Source: Candidatus Staskawiczbacteria bacterium (lineage in GTDB: Bacteria > Patescibacteriota > Minisyncoccia > Minisyncoccales > Staskawiczbacteraceae). From it: a DNA stretch of 64,000 nucleotides. The stretch lies in contig JBAZYR010000002.1 of the NCBI GenBank assembly GCA_041659225.1, positions 8,439 through 72,438 on the forward strand. Reading direction: 5' to 3'. The stretch's first letter is position 1; each line of letters opens with the position of its first letter. Positions 1 through 10,173 of this stretch are shown here, in pieces. Below the pieces are notes generated by a model. That model saw only the letters and a list, made by a program, of their open reading frames with translations, was not told where the DNA came from and made no database searches. A program made the position numbers and the translations under genes.

Positions 1-1
1 A

Positions 2-745
2 GAAAATATTGAGATGAACACGAAAGTTCAGATTGTTAAGGTTAGCAACGATTCTCCTGCGCAGATAGCGGGAATTAAAAAAGGGGATGTCATCAAAGAA
101 TTATCTTCTGCTTCAGGAAATAAGTCGGTTGTTTTAATTAAGGATTTCCAGGAATTTATTGAAGCCAATAAAGGACAGGAAGTTATAGTCAGCTTTTTGA
201 GAAATGGCCAGCTTTTACAATCATCGCTGGTACCGCGGATTTCTCCGCCCGCGAATGAAGGATCTACCGGAGTCCAGCTGACCAGAACCGCCACCATAAT
301 TGAGAAATATCCCTGGTACCAAACTCCTTTCAGAGGGCTAGTCTTCTGCGGAGAATTAACATGGAAGTCCGTAGTAAGCTTGGCAGATCTTTTATTAGGC
401 TTAGTCACAGGCAAAGGTCTTCCAGCTGCAGCTGAACCGGCAGGTCCCGTAGGGATTACTGTATATATTGCCAAGGCAGCGGAATTAGGAATAGGTTTCT
501 TCCTGTACTTTGTCGGAGCGATATCTGTTTTGCTGGCGATATTCAATCTTTTGCCGATTCCAGCTTTAGACGGAGGAAAGTTATTGTTTATGGCAATTGA
601 GAAGATAAGGTCCAAACCAGTGTCTGCTAAAGTGGAAGGTGTAATTACCACCAGTTTTTTCGTTGTCCTGATTGCCTTATCCCTTTTTATTACAATTAAG
701 TTTGATATACCCAAACTTTCAGGATTCATAATGGGTAGCTTTTAA
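2..745 (+). CDS. rseP: RIP/site-2 metalloprotease RseP family, C-terminal part (5' end lies outside the window)
   Basis: The frame is open from base 2. A PDZ-like segment (VSNDSPAQIAGIKKGDVI) is followed by hydrophobic segments with LLPIPALDGGKLLF, typical of M50 peptidases. The HExxH region would lie upstream. Confidence 0.75.
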   Translation, partial: ENIEMNTKVQIVKVSNDSPAQIAGIKKGDVIKELSSASGNKSVVLIKDFQEFIEANKGQEVIVSFLRNGQLLQSSLVPRISPPANEGSTGVQLTRTATIIEKYPWYQTPFRGLVFCGELTWKSVVSLADLLLGLVTGKGLPAAAEPAGPVGITVYIAKAAELGIGFFLYFVGAISVLLAIFNLLPIPALDGGKLLFMAIEKIRSKPVSAKVEGVITTSFFVVLIALSLFITIKFDIPKLSGFIMGSF

Positions 746-747
746 AT

Positions 748-1824
748 ATGAAAAAGAGAAATATATTCAAAAGACTTTTATCTTTCCTTTCCGTAGATAT
801 GGCAATTGATTTAGGAACGGCCAATTCCTTGGTGTATATAAAAGACAGGGGGATTGTGATTAACGAGCCTTCGGTAGTGGCTGCCAACAATAAAACAGGC
901 CAGATTTTGGCTATCGGCGAGGACGCAAAAAAAATGGTAGGCCGAACTCCTGCATACATTACAGCCACCCGGCCTTTGGTTAACGGTGTTATCTCGGACT
1001 TCGAAGTTACAGAGCAAATGTTAAAGTACTTTATTGAAAAGTCTGCAAATTTGAGCAAAAAGAGATTCGGTTTGGCTTATCTCCCCCGCGTAATCATTGG
1101 CATTCCCTGCGGAGTGACAGAAGTGGAAAGGAAAGCAGTAAGAGATGCTGCCAAATCAGCCGGAGCAAGAACTGTTTTCTTGATTGAAGAGCCTTTGGCT
1201 TCAGCTATCGGGGCGCATCTTCCGATACAGGATGCCGGCGGAAATTTTATTGTAGATATCGGAGGCGGGACAACAGAGGTGGCTGTAATTTCTTTGGGAG
1301 GAATTGTTACTTTCCGTAGTTTGAGGATTGCCGGGGATAAATTAAACGACGACATTATGCAATTTGCCCAAAAAGAGTATAAACTGATGATAGGGGAACG
1401 AACTGCAGAAAATATTAAGATTTCCATTGGCTCTGCGATGCCCGCCAAGGAAAGAAAGGAGTTTTCAATGAGAGGAAGGAATATTGTTACGGGTTTGCCA
1501 GAAGAGGTCGTCATATTCAGCGACGACATACAGAGAGCTTTGGATAAATCAGTAAAACAGATAGTGGCTGCAGTTAAGACAACCATTGAAGAAACTCCGC
1601 CGGAGCTGCTGGCAGATATTATGGTAAATGGAATACACTTGTCCGGAGGAGGCTCGTTGCTCCGAGGATTGGCTGTATTAATAAACCGAGAAACAAAGAT
1701 TCCATGCAAAATAGTGGAAGACCCCCTAACCTCCGTGGTAAGGGGAGCCGGCATGGCTTTGGAGAATATAGAAACTCTTGCTGATATCCTGGCAAGAGAG
1801 GAAGAAGAAGGAGCTTTAGAATAA
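748..1824 (+). CDS. mreB: Rod-shape determining actin-like protein MreB
   Basis: 358 aa. Actin-fold ATPase motifs MAIDLGTANSLVY, DIGGGTTEVAVISLGG and IHLSGGGSLLRGL. Confidence 0.95.
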   Translation: MKKRNIFKRLLSFLSVDMAIDLGTANSLVYIKDRGIVINEPSVVAANNKTGQILAIGEDAKKMVGRTPAYITATRPLVNGVISDFEVTEQMLKYFIEKSANLSKKRFGLAYLPRVIIGIPCGVTEVERKAVRDAAKSAGARTVFLIEEPLASAIGAHLPIQDAGGNFIVDIGGGTTEVAVISLGGIVTFRSLRIAGDKLNDDIMQFAQKEYKLMIGERTAENIKISIGSAMPAKERKEFSMRGRNIVTGLPEEVVIFSDDIQRALDKSVKQIVAAVKTTIEETPPELLADIMVNGIHLSGGGSLLRGLAVLINRETKIPCKIVEDPLTSVVRGAGMALENIETLADILAREEEEGALE

Positions 1825-1825
1825 T

Positions 1826-2107
1826 ATGATATCTAAAGAAGAAGTAGAAAAGATAGCAAAACTAGCTCGTTTGGAATTAACTCCCGAGGAGGTGGTTAAA
1901 ATGCAAAAAGACCTGTCCGAAGTCCTAGACTATTTCAATGCTTTACAGAAAGTAGATTCCAAATCCTACATTTCTTCAAATATTCCCCGGGGAAACAATT
2001 TGAGAAAAGACGAAGGAAGGCATAGGGACGAAGAGCTGGTTGAAAAGCTGCTTGAACAGGCGCCTGACAAGAAAGATGAATATATTAAAGTAAAATCCAT
2101 ATTCTAA
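1826..2107 (+). CDS. gatC: Asp/Glu-tRNA(Asn/Gln) amidotransferase subunit C
   Basis: 93 aa. N-terminus ISKEEVEKIAKLARLELTPEE is typical of GatC, and the gene sits directly upstream of gatA. Confidence 0.9.
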   Translation: MISKEEVEKIAKLARLELTPEEVVKMQKDLSEVLDYFNALQKVDSKSYISSNIPRGNNLRKDEGRHRDEELVEKLLEQAPDKKDEYIKVKSIF

Positions 2108-2111
2108 TTCT

Positions 2112-3533
2112 ATGGAACTTCCGGGTTTAACGATCAGTAAAATCCACGACAGCTTAGTTAAGAAAGAGTATTCAGCTCTTGAGCTGACCAAGAAGTATTT
2201 AGAGCAAATTGCAGAGAGAGATGTTGCTATCTCTGCTTTTTTGTCTGCAAGTCCGGAATCAGCTATCTCACAGGCCAAGGAAACTGACAAACTAATCTTC
2301 GCGGGGAAGAAGATTCCAATGTTAGCCGGAGTTCCCTGCGCCATAAAAGACAACATTTTAGTGAAAGGTTTGAAGTGTACCGCAGGTTCTAAGATATTAG
2401 AGAGCTACGAGGCTCCATATGACGCAACTGTTGTTAAAAAGCTTAAAAAAGAGGGTGCAGTATTACTTGGAAAGACCAATTTAGACGAATTTGGAATGGG
2501 CGCCTCCACCGAGAATTCAGGCTTTAAAATGACCCGGAATCCAGAGGACCTAGATAGAGTGCCAGGGGGTAGTTCTGGGGGCTCTGCGGCCGCTATAAAG
2601 GCCTCAGAATGCTGTTTTGCCTTAGGTTCTGATACTGGAGGGTCTATCCGCCAGCCAGCCTCATTCTGCGGGGTTGTAGGCTTAAAACCCACCTATGGGG
2701 CAGTGTCCCGTTACGGCTTGATATCCTTTGCTTCCTCGTTGGATCAAGTAGGTGTTTTGGCCAGTACGGTAGCGGATGCTAAGATGATTTTTGACGTAAT
2801 TTCCGGCAAGGATTCTATGGATTCAACTAGCATCGAGCTGCCTAAGTTGTCTAACCCGAACTTCTCTATTAAAAACCTGCGTATTGGCGTTCCCAAGGAA
2901 TACTTTGTCAAAGGTCTTGATAAGGAAGTAGAGAAAACAGTAAGGTCAGCGATTAAAAAGATGGAAGCTGAAGGGGCGAAGATAGAAGAAATTAGCCTTC
3001 CCAACACAGAATACGCTTTAGCCACTTATTATATAATTGCGCCCTCCGAAGCCAGCGCCAATCTAGCAAGGTATGACGGAATAAAGTACGGGTTGTCTGA
3101 GAAAGAAGATAAACTGCTGGACGTGTATTTAAAATCCCGAGGCAAGGGATTTGGCGCTGAAGTTAAAAGAAGGATTATGATAGGAACTTATTGTTTGTCT
3201 TCCGGTTATTACGACGCCTATTACAAAAAAGCTCAGCAGATTAGGAATCTTTTACGAGAAGACTTTAAAAAAGCTTTTGGCAAAGTGGATATGATATTTA
3301 CTCCTGTAGCGCCGACAACTGCCTTTAAGATAGGAGAGAAGACTGCGGATCCTCTTTCTATGTATTTAAGCGATATTTATACAGTATCAGTAAGCTTGGC
3401 CGGATTGCCGGCAATCTCTGTACCGTGCGGCAGGGCGAATAATCTGCCAGTTGGCTTGCAGATTATCGGCAAGCATTTTGAAGAGCACAAGATTCTACAG
3501 ACAGCTTCTTTTATTGAGAAGTTGGTTATATAA
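2112..3533 (+). CDS. gatA: Asp/Glu-tRNA(Asn/Gln) amidotransferase subunit A
   Basis: 473 aa. Amidase signature GGSSGGSAAA...GSDTGGSIRQPA. Confidence 0.95.
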   Translation: MELPGLTISKIHDSLVKKEYSALELTKKYLEQIAERDVAISAFLSASPESAISQAKETDKLIFAGKKIPMLAGVPCAIKDNILVKGLKCTAGSKILESYEAPYDATVVKKLKKEGAVLLGKTNLDEFGMGASTENSGFKMTRNPEDLDRVPGGSSGGSAAAIKASECCFALGSDTGGSIRQPASFCGVVGLKPTYGAVSRYGLISFASSLDQVGVLASTVADAKMIFDVISGKDSMDSTSIELPKLSNPNFSIKNLRIGVPKEYFVKGLDKEVEKTVRSAIKKMEAEGAKIEEISLPNTEYALATYYIIAPSEASANLARYDGIKYGLSEKEDKLLDVYLKSRGKGFGAEVKRRIMIGTYCLSSGYYDAYYKKAQQIRNLLREDFKKAFGKVDMIFTPVAPTTAFKIGEKTADPLSMYLSDIYTVSVSLAGLPAISVPCGRANNLPVGLQIIGKHFEEHKILQTASFIEKLVI

Positions 3534-3540
3534 TAGAACA

Positions 3541-4068
3541 ATGGGATTTATTGAAATACTCAGTACAATTTATTATACCCTAACCTCTCCGGCCCTGCAG
3601 GATGAGCTTTTGCGCCCCAAGATTACCCTTATCTTGATCGGCCTTTTCTTTTTGCCCTTCCTCATCTATTTTTATTTTAAAAGTACCTACCTGCACTATC
3701 TCTTTATCTTTGACCTGGTTTCATTTTTTGATTGGCAGCCGCCAAATCTAGCCAGGATTATTAAGCGTTGGGACAAAATTAAAAAAAGAATGGAAAGCGG
3801 GTCGGATTACGAGTTCAAGCTGGCTATCGTTGAAGCAGACAATCTATTGCGGGATGTTTTAGTCGAGAAAGGGTTTGCCGGAAAGAGCTTTGAGGAAAGA
3901 GTAGGAAAGCTGGACAGCACGCAGGTTAAGGATATTGACGAGATACTTGAAGCGCACAAAATACGAAATTCTATTGTTTACGATCCAAATTTCAAGATAA
4001 CTGTGGATAGGATTAAAAAGATATTAGCGATTTACGAGAAGGGGATAAGGGGGATAGAGTCGTTCTAG
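3541..4068 (+). CDS. Hypothetical membrane protein
   Basis: ATG at 3541 (MGFIEIL...) lies just after the gatA stop. The ORF-track start at 3451 overlaps gatA. Two N-terminal hydrophobic helices are followed by a soluble C-terminal domain. Confidence 0.6.
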   Translation: MGFIEILSTIYYTLTSPALQDELLRPKITLILIGLFFLPFLIYFYFKSTYLHYLFIFDLVSFFDWQPPNLARIIKRWDKIKKRMESGSDYEFKLAIVEADNLLRDVLVEKGFAGKSFEERVGKLDSTQVKDIDEILEAHKIRNSIVYDPNFKITVDRIKKILAIYEKGIRGIESF

Positions 4069-4121
4069 CAAAATCACTTTTTAATGAAGTGGTTTTTTGA
4101 TACCGCTGTAAATAAAGTAAT

Positions 4122-4814
4122 ATGTTTAACGAGAAACTTCCATCAAGCGAGGATAACCAAGAAGAAATGGCTGTCCACCATTGGGATTTAATTGCGCACG
4201 CTATTAAGCGGATGAATGAAGAGGATATTGAACCGTCGGCAATTCCAGTTGAAAGCATGATTCGCGAGGAAGGGGATGTGGACGTGGACGGTAGCTCGGG
4301 GCGCATAAATTCCTTTGAGCAAACCGATGGAGCAATGGTGGAGGTTAATCGAAAGGTAGAGGAAGGCGGATTAAGCCGTGTAGAGGATGTTATCTTCCAT
4401 GATAAGACCGGGAAAGAAGTATTCAATCTGTTTAGCATTCTACCTAAGGATTATGTTGTTCTCGACGAAGCTAAAGAAGGCCATGATTTCATGGTTCCGG
4501 GCTCAGCAAGAATAATTGTGGTCACTCACGATTTTCTTTGTTCTGTTAACGGAAGGATGATCTTCTTGCATGAATTAGGCCACGCCTATGATTACGACGA
4601 AAAACCCAGGTCCCAAAGCGAGATGATCGACGCAATGGACGGCACAGCTGAAAAGGAGAGGGAGCGCAACGCATGGAAGCAGGCGAAGGAAGTAGTAAAG
4701 ATTATAAGAGATAAGGGTGTAAACTTTTTACCGGAAGGTTATGAGGATTCTGCTATGTGGGAGGATTTTGAAGAAGAATCCATAAAACAACATAACTATA
4801 GGGAAGAAAAATAA
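4122..4814 (+). CDS. Hypothetical protein with HExxH motif (putative zinc metallopeptidase-like)
   Basis: 230 aa. Contains FLHELGHAYD (HExxH). Followed by an intrinsic terminator at 4826-4849. Confidence 0.55.
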   Translation: MFNEKLPSSEDNQEEMAVHHWDLIAHAIKRMNEEDIEPSAIPVESMIREEGDVDVDGSSGRINSFEQTDGAMVEVNRKVEEGGLSRVEDVIFHDKTGKEVFNLFSILPKDYVVLDEAKEGHDFMVPGSARIIVVTHDFLCSVNGRMIFLHELGHAYDYDEKPRSQSEMIDAMDGTAEKERERNAWKQAKEVVKIIRDKGVNFLPEGYEDSAMWEDFEEESIKQHNYREEK

Positions 4815-4825
4815 GCTTGTATACC

Positions 4826-4849
4826 AAAAAACCGCTTTCGCGGTTTTTT
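4826..4849 (+). terminator. Rho-independent terminator (bidirectional A-run/stem/T-run)
   Basis: AAAAAACCGC-TTTC-GCGGTTTTTT. Confidence 0.7.
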
Positions 4850-4894
4850 GTTTTAAGTTGAATTTATCGTATAACTTGCTAAGATAAGGAATGG

Positions 4895-5002
4895 TTAGCT
4901 CCACATTGCAGGCGAGAGCCAAAGTATCATACTTAGGGTAACGATAGAGATCAGGATAATCCAGACTATTCTAAAAAGTTTCTTCGGTTTTATTCTCTTC
5001 AT
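4895..5002 (-). CDS. Possible small membrane protein (35 aa), below the ORF-track cutoff
   Basis: Reverse-strand ATG at 5002. Translation is MKRIKPKKLFRIVWIILISIVTLSMILWLSPAMWS, a basic N-terminus plus one TM helix. There is no other support. Confidence 0.25.
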   Translation of the reverse strand: MKRIKPKKLFRIVWIILISIVTLSMILWLSPAMWS

Positions 5003-5031
5003 GTTTAATAATTTTTATTTGTCTTTTATAA

Positions 5032-5448
5032 ATGGTATCACGATTTCGTAAAACAGAAAAGAGAGAGCACTCAAGCACTAATGTTCTTGGGATAGTAGCT
5101 GCAGTTGTGATACTGGGAATTGTTGGGTTTCTATTGGTGACGAATATAGAGATAAAGGGGAAGAAAGATAAGTTAAACGCGCAGATTGAGATTATTAAAA
5201 AACAAATCGCAGCGCTGCAGGGAAAGAACGATAGTCTGCAGGAGGGGATTGCCAGCGTTGGAGACGAAGCATATATTGAGAGAGTGGCCAGGGAGGAGTT
5301 GAGCCTTCAGAAGCCAGGGGAAAAAGTCGCCAGCTTTATACTTCCTCCTCAGCAGGAGGAAGTTAAATCAGATACGAAGTTCTGGCAAGGAGGTTATTGG
5401 CGGCAGTGGTTTGGTTCAAAGTGGCAGTGGGTCAAAGGCATATTTTAA
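5032..5448 (+). CDS. Septum formation initiator (FtsB/DivIC-like) protein
   Basis: 138 aa. N-terminal TM helix followed by a coiled coil (KLNAQIEIIKKQIAALQGKNDSLQEGI) and an EYIERVAREELSL-type motif. Confidence 0.7.
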   Translation: MVSRFRKTEKREHSSTNVLGIVAAVVILGIVGFLLVTNIEIKGKKDKLNAQIEIIKKQIAALQGKNDSLQEGIASVGDEAYIERVAREELSLQKPGEKVASFILPPQQEEVKSDTKFWQGGYWRQWFGSKWQWVKGIF

Positions 5449-5452
5449 TTCT

Positions 5453-5523
5453 GCGGGTATGGTTCAATGGTAGAACATGTCCTTCCCAAGGACAGGACAC
5501 GGGTTCGATTCCCGTTACCCGCT
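5453..5523 (+). tRNA. tRNA-Gly (anticodon CCC)
   Basis: Hand-folded cloverleaf. Acceptor GCGGGTA/TACCCGC, anticodon loop TTCCCAA, T-loop GGTTCGATTCC. No encoded CCA. Confidence 0.9.
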
Positions 5524-5524
5524 T

Positions 5525-5596
5525 GCCGGAGTAGCTCAGTGGCAGAGCAACTGTTTCGTAAACAGTAGGCCGCGAGTTCGACTCTCGCCTCCGGCT
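5525..5596 (+). tRNA. tRNA-Thr (anticodon CGU)
   Basis: Acceptor GCCGGAG/CTCCGGC, D-arm GCTCAGTGGCAGAGC, anticodon loop TTCGTAA, T-arm GCGAGTTCGACTCTCGC. Confidence 0.9.
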
Positions 5597-5658
5597 TAAG
5601 AAAGATTATTTTTATATTTCTAATAGATAAATATTAGTTTAACGATGGTAGCTGTGAA

Positions 5659-5889
5659 ATGTTTTTAACAGAATATCTTAATTTGATAGGACAGATAGGC
5701 CCCTTATTAGGATCGGTTCTAATCGTATTCGGTCTAGAAATATCAGAAAGCACCTTTGAACATTCTTTTGAAAACGGTAAAGAGTTCAGAACCGCGATTG
5801 TCAAGCAAAAATATCCTTGGATCTTAAAAATGGGAATTTGGTTATTAACCATAGGTTCTTTAGTCCAGACCGTCATAATAATATTTTAA
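5659..5889 (+). CDS. Hypothetical small membrane protein
   Basis: 76 aa with two hydrophobic helices. No recognisable family. Confidence 0.3.
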   Translation: MFLTEYLNLIGQIGPLLGSVLIVFGLEISESTFEHSFENGKEFRTAIVKQKYPWILKMGIWLLTIGSLVQTVIIIF

Positions 5890-5931
5890 TGGCGGGTTTC
5901 GGGGAAGTCGTATATAAATAATATTCTAATC

Positions 5932-6138
5932 ATGATTCAACGTAATTTAATAAAATATTCCGACGGTACATATGAAGCTTCTTCAGTTGAATGTTCTTCC
6001 TTTGAAGGAAACACGTGTAAAAAATTTCTTGACGATATCAAGTCAGGAAAAGCAAGGCGTATAGGAGAGCTAAAGTGCTTTGACGAGAACGGTAACTTCC
6101 AGATATACAGAAATTTGAAAAGTTCCTCCAACAAATAA
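5932..6138 (+). CDS. Hypothetical small protein
   Basis: 68 aa ORF. No recognisable motif. Confidence 0.3.
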   Translation: MIQRNLIKYSDGTYEASSVECSSFEGNTCKKFLDDIKSGKARRIGELKCFDENGNFQIYRNLKSSSNK

Positions 6139-6413
6139 TCTATTGTGTCGTTTTTTTACTATCATGGGATTCGCGTCCGCAGATTTGTAAGTAATGGAGC
6201 GGTGCTTTTTTAGTTGCCGCAGAAGGTCTCTAGACATTTTTTAGAAATTTGATTTTCTAAATAATAAATTTTAAGTTTCAGCATACGCACGGCTTGACCT
6301 GATTATTCGCGTGGAATAAAATATACATCGATGGCCACGGAAGTCTATCCTAAAAGTCGGCACCTCCTAAAGCTATTATTGTATTAAGCCGAAAGGCGTT
6401 TATTCTTAATAAT

Positions 6414-6701
6414 ATGGAACAAAAAAATCCACCGATTCCAATAAACGTAGATCCGAACATTTATGCTTTAACCAATGTTAGTATCTCCAGTAATGAAGAG
6501 GGGTTTGTTATGGCGATGTTTTCTGGCAATCAGGTAAGGCAATTCCTAAGCTCTCCGAAGCACGCGAAGAGAATTTATCTTTCTCTTAAAGGACAAATAG
6601 AAAGTTACGAAAAGAAATTTGGAGAGATTAAGACTCAACTTCCGATGATAGGTGACACCAAAAGAGGGGAGGATGAGATTGGCTTCTCGGCAAAAAAATA
6701 A
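6414..6701 (+). CDS. DUF3467-like small protein
   Basis: 95 aa. The pattern YALTNVSISSNEEGFVMAMF...SPKHAKRIYLSLKGQIESYEKKFGEI resembles the DUF3467 family as I recall it. Confidence 0.5.
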   Translation: MEQKNPPIPINVDPNIYALTNVSISSNEEGFVMAMFSGNQVRQFLSSPKHAKRIYLSLKGQIESYEKKFGEIKTQLPMIGDTKRGEDEIGFSAKK

Positions 6702-6964
6702 GTAGAAAAGGCTCTTAGAAATATATCTATTAGGTAGGCCCAACAATGAGATTTATCGGAAGACACGTTATCAGTTACATTTAGTTCATTGCGGGGTGAC
6801 CGAACGGTGTGGCCTCTATGAAAGAACTCCGGGGATAGCGGAGTTTTTATTTTATGTGTCGATGGGTATTGTTGCTCTTTTAAAAGTGTTAGTTATTTTT
6901 AGGGTCTTTTACGACGTTTCTCCTTCCGCTGGATATTTCCTCAAAAATCCGTTAGTATGTCCAT

Positions 6965-8422
6965 ATGTCCGGCGATGAAGTAATTGTAAAATTCAACAAC
7001 GTTTCCTTTGAGTGGGGAACAAACAAGCCAATCTTGAATGAGGCTAGTTTTAGCGTTCGTAAAGGTTCGAAAATAACCTTGATGGGCCAGAACGGCGCAG
7101 GAAAGAGTACGATTTTCCAACTAATAACCGGAGAATCAAAACCTGACTCAGGCGCAGTTAACTTGGATAATAATCTAACCATAGCTACAGCCAAGCAAGT
7201 AATCCCGAGAGAAGATTTAAACTTCACAATCAAGGAATTCTTCGAGAAGTGCTTTACGGGAAAAGTTTACGATATTGATAAACGAATTGACGAAGTGTTA
7301 AAAATAACAAACTTGTCGTTTCCGCACGATAAAGTAATAAAAAATCTTTCCGGCGGTCAGCAAGCTAGACTTCTTTTGGCTTCAGCCATAATTCAGGACC
7401 CGGATTTGCTGCTCCTCGACGAGCCGACAAATAACCTAGACAAAGCAGGAATAGCCCACCTAACCAAGTTTATTCTCGACTATCCTAAAACCTGCATTGT
7501 TATTTCTCACGACGCAGATTTTTTAAACACCTTTACACAAGGAGTTCTCTATTTGGATATCTTCTCAAAGAAGGTGGAACAATATACCGGAGACTACTTT
7601 AGCGTTGTTAAAGAGATTAGCGTCAGATTGGAAAGAGAGCGCATGAAGAACATCAGGCTGGAAAAAGATATTTCCCACAGAAAAGAGCAGGCTGCTTTCT
7701 TTGCCCAGAAAGGAGGACACTTAAGAGATGTTTCATCTAAAATGAGAAAAACCATAGAGAAGCTGGAGTCTGAGATTGTAGATGTGAGAAGGGAGGATAA
7801 AACAATAAAGAACTTTACTATTCCGGCCCAGAAAGATACCGGAGGAGTAATCCTACAACTGGATTCCGTTGCAATAATGAGAAACCATAAGTTTATTAAC
7901 AAGAAAGTAGACGTTAGCTTAGGCAAAAGAGAAAGATTACTTTTAAAAGGGCCTAACGGTATAGGCAAGACCACGCTTCTGGAGAAACTGGCTTCGGGAC
8001 ACGCAAAAGGAGAACATATTAAAGCCGGAGTAAAGATCGGATATTATAGGCAGGATTTCTCAACCTTAGACTTTACAGCCACTGTGCACCAGACCCTTAT
8101 GAAAGCAATGGGGGAGGACGGAACCGAGCAGGGGTTAAGGGCTCATGCGGCAGGCTTTCTTCTGGATGCAGAGATATTAAAAGCTAAAGTAGGGTCGTTG
8201 TCGGAAGGCCAGAAGGGATTGGTGGCTTTTGCTGCAATAGCTTTAGAAAAGCCCGGGCTCCTTATCTTAGACGAGCCTACAAACCATATTAACTTTCGGC
8301 ATATTCCAATAATTGCCAAAGCAATTAACAATTTTGACGGTGCTATGATACTGGTAAGCCACGTCCAAGACTTTGTAGATAAGATAAAAGTGAATTTTGT
8401 TTTAGATTTGGGAGAGTTATAA
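6965..8422 (+). CDS. ABC-F family ATPase (two ABC domains, no TM domain)
   Basis: 485 aa. Walker A GQNGAGKST and GPNGIGKTT. Signatures LSGGQQARLLLA and LSEGQKGLVAFA. Confidence 0.85.
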   Translation: MSGDEVIVKFNNVSFEWGTNKPILNEASFSVRKGSKITLMGQNGAGKSTIFQLITGESKPDSGAVNLDNNLTIATAKQVIPREDLNFTIKEFFEKCFTGKVYDIDKRIDEVLKITNLSFPHDKVIKNLSGGQQARLLLASAIIQDPDLLLLDEPTNNLDKAGIAHLTKFILDYPKTCIVISHDADFLNTFTQGVLYLDIFSKKVEQYTGDYFSVVKEISVRLERERMKNIRLEKDISHRKEQAAFFAQKGGHLRDVSSKMRKTIEKLESEIVDVRREDKTIKNFTIPAQKDTGGVILQLDSVAIMRNHKFINKKVDVSLGKRERLLLKGPNGIGKTTLLEKLASGHAKGEHIKAGVKIGYYRQDFSTLDFTATVHQTLMKAMGEDGTEQGLRAHAAGFLLDAEILKAKVGSLSEGQKGLVAFAAIALEKPGLLILDEPTNHINFRHIPIIAKAINNFDGAMILVSHVQDFVDKIKVNFVLDLGEL

Positions 8423-8434
8423 TAAGATATATAT

Positions 8435-9049
8435 ATGATTAAAGCAATTCTATTCGACTACGGCGGAGTATTGAAAAACTCGCACAGGTTGTCAGACGAC
8501 ATACCGGCAATCTATAACATTTCCAAGGAGGACGTAGCAAAAGCAAGAGAATTTACTGCTCCGATTTTTGATCTATTTCAAAAAGAACTTATTACCGAAG
8601 AAGATTTCTGGGAAAAGCTTTCTGAGGCAATTAAAAGACCAATGCCAAAAGATCCCGGGAAATTTGCTAGGGAATCTTATGCAAAATCGCTTATACTCTA
8701 CCCGGAGATTTTTAGCTTTGTTAAGGAACTACGGGCAAAAGGCTTCAAAGTAGCGGTTTTGTCGAATATTATAAAATTCCAGGCTGAAATAATAAGAAAG
8801 AACAAAGGGTACGAGGGATTCGACGAAGTGGTTTTGTCTTATGAAGAGAAACTGGCTAAGCCGGGAATTGATATTTACCTTTTAACTGTTAATAAATTAA
8901 ACGTTAAGCCGGAGGAGTGTATTTTCATTGACGATAAGGAAATAAACCTAATGGTCGCCAGAAATCTGGGGATGAAAACAGTACTTGCTGGAAACCCAAC
9001 TCAGGTCATAAACGACGTCTCTTCAATACTTAACTCTGGAAACACATGA
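8435..9049 (+). CDS. HAD-superfamily hydrolase
   Basis: 204 aa. [12 protein letters not shown] (motif I-like), VLSNI and FIDDKEINL. Confidence 0.75.
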   Translation: MIKAILFDYGGVLKNSHRLSDDIPAIYNISKEDVAKAREFTAPIFDLFQKELITEEDFWEKLSEAIKRPMPKDPGKFARESYAKSLILYPEIFSFVKELRAKGFKVAVLSNIIKFQAEIIRKNKGYEGFDEVVLSYEEKLAKPGIDIYLLTVNKLNVKPEECIFIDDKEINLMVARNLGMKTVLAGNPTQVINDVSSILNSGNT

Positions 9050-9780
9050 AAATAGAATCAATCAAAAAAATCGTCAAAGATAAGTATAAAGAAATCGCAA
9101 CCAAGGGATCCTCCTGCAGCTGCGGCTGCAAGAGCGCATCAAACATCTCAAAGAGCATCGGCTACTCGGAGGAAGAGTTGAAAATAGTAGGGGAGGCGAA
9201 TCTCGGCTTGGGCTGTGGCAACCCCTTAGCATTCGGAAGGATAAAGGAAGGGGACACGGTTCTGGACCTGGGATCAGGAGCCGGCATAGACGCTATTTTG
9301 GCTGCCAAGAAGGTTGGCAGTAAAGGAAAGGTTATCGGCGTAGATATGACTGAGGAAATGATAGAAAAGGCTAAAGCCAATGCCAAGAAACAGAATATAT
9401 CAAACGTAGAGTTTTTATTGGGGGAAATAGAAAACCTGCCTTTGGCCGATAACTCCGTAGATACAATAATTACGAACTGCGTAATAAATCTCACGCCTGA
9501 TAAAGCTAAAACCTTCAGCGAAGCATACAGGGTTTTAAAGCCGGGAGGAAGAATCTACCTTTCCGACATTGTCTTATTGGAAGAACTTACCGAAAAACAA
9601 CGGAACGACAAGGATCTATTGTCTGGTTGTGTTGCCGGAGCGTTATTAAAAGACGACTACTTGAACAAAATAAAAGGTGCGGGTTTTAAAGTGAAAGTCC
9701 TATACGAAAATAAAAGAATAAGTAAGGAGCAGTACAACGGAATCAATTTAGAGAGTTTGATGGTTGAGTTGACTAAGTGA
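9046..9780 (+). CDS. arsM: Arsenite S-adenosylmethionine methyltransferase-like protein
   Basis: 244 aa. N-terminal Cys cluster SSCSCGC, then [10 protein letters not shown] and [11 protein letters not shown]...ITNCVINL...[12 protein letters not shown], collinear with ArsM. Confidence 0.8.
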   Translation: MKIESIKKIVKDKYKEIATKGSSCSCGCKSASNISKSIGYSEEELKIVGEANLGLGCGNPLAFGRIKEGDTVLDLGSGAGIDAILAAKKVGSKGKVIGVDMTEEMIEKAKANAKKQNISNVEFLLGEIENLPLADNSVDTIITNCVINLTPDKAKTFSEAYRVLKPGGRIYLSDIVLLEELTEKQRNDKDLLSGCVAGALLKDDYLNKIKGAGFKVKVLYENKRISKEQYNGINLESLMVELTK

Positions 9781-9819
9781 CTGGTTTGATTTTTTCCTGA
9801 AACCGTGGTATCATGAGTT

Positions 9820-10077
9820 ATGACACCGACTAGCAAAGAACAATTCTTAGTCGAACATAACAAGTTATCTCCTCTGAAGCTGCAAGCTACCCTAGCTTTG
9901 CTTACTAAGTTCCAAGCGGAGAAAAGGCCTCTTTTAAAAGAGGACGGCTGGGTGGTAGATAAGTTAAGAATTCCTTTCATATCCTGGATGTTAGCCCTGC
10001 CTACAGTAGAAGAAAAGAAAGAAAAGAAAGCTCGGGGAAAGCGGCTTTTCGAAAACTATCCAAGAACTAAATCTTAA
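9820..10077 (+). CDS. Hypothetical protein (probably leaderless mRNA)
   Basis: 85 aa. An extended -10 box TGgTATCAT at 9806-9814 ends only 5 nt before the ATG. Confidence 0.45.
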   Translation: MTPTSKEQFLVEHNKLSPLKLQATLALLTKFQAEKRPLLKEDGWVVDKLRIPFISWMLALPTVEEKKEKKARGKRLFENYPRTKS

Positions 10078-10173
10078 GAAAAGAAAATATATTGCAACGT
10101 AAATAAAAAGAGCCCTCGACACATCGCTGTATCGGGGCTTTTGCCTCTTGTGGGGAGAATTTGTCTCCCGGCT

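Noticed and set aside
28-1754. Minus-strand ORFs 28-729 (233 aa) and 1077-1754 (225 aa).
   Set aside because: They are fully antisense to rseP and mreB, which have unambiguous motifs. The products are low-complexity.
3451-3540. N-terminal extension of ORF 3451-4068 overlapping gatA by 83 nt.
   Set aside because: The extension is basic and low-complexity and lies inside gatA. The ATG at 3541 directly after the gatA stop gives a sensible membrane-protein N-terminus.
6789-6850. GCGGGGTGACCGAACGGTGTGGCC, which resembles the 5' acceptor/D-arm of a class II tRNA, followed by hairpin AACTCCG-GGGATAG-CGGAGTT and a T-run.
   Set aside because: No anticodon arm or T-arm (GTTCGAATC-like) can be folded, so it is not a tRNA. 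It could be a small RNA or a tRNA fragment, but I cannot support either from sequence alone.
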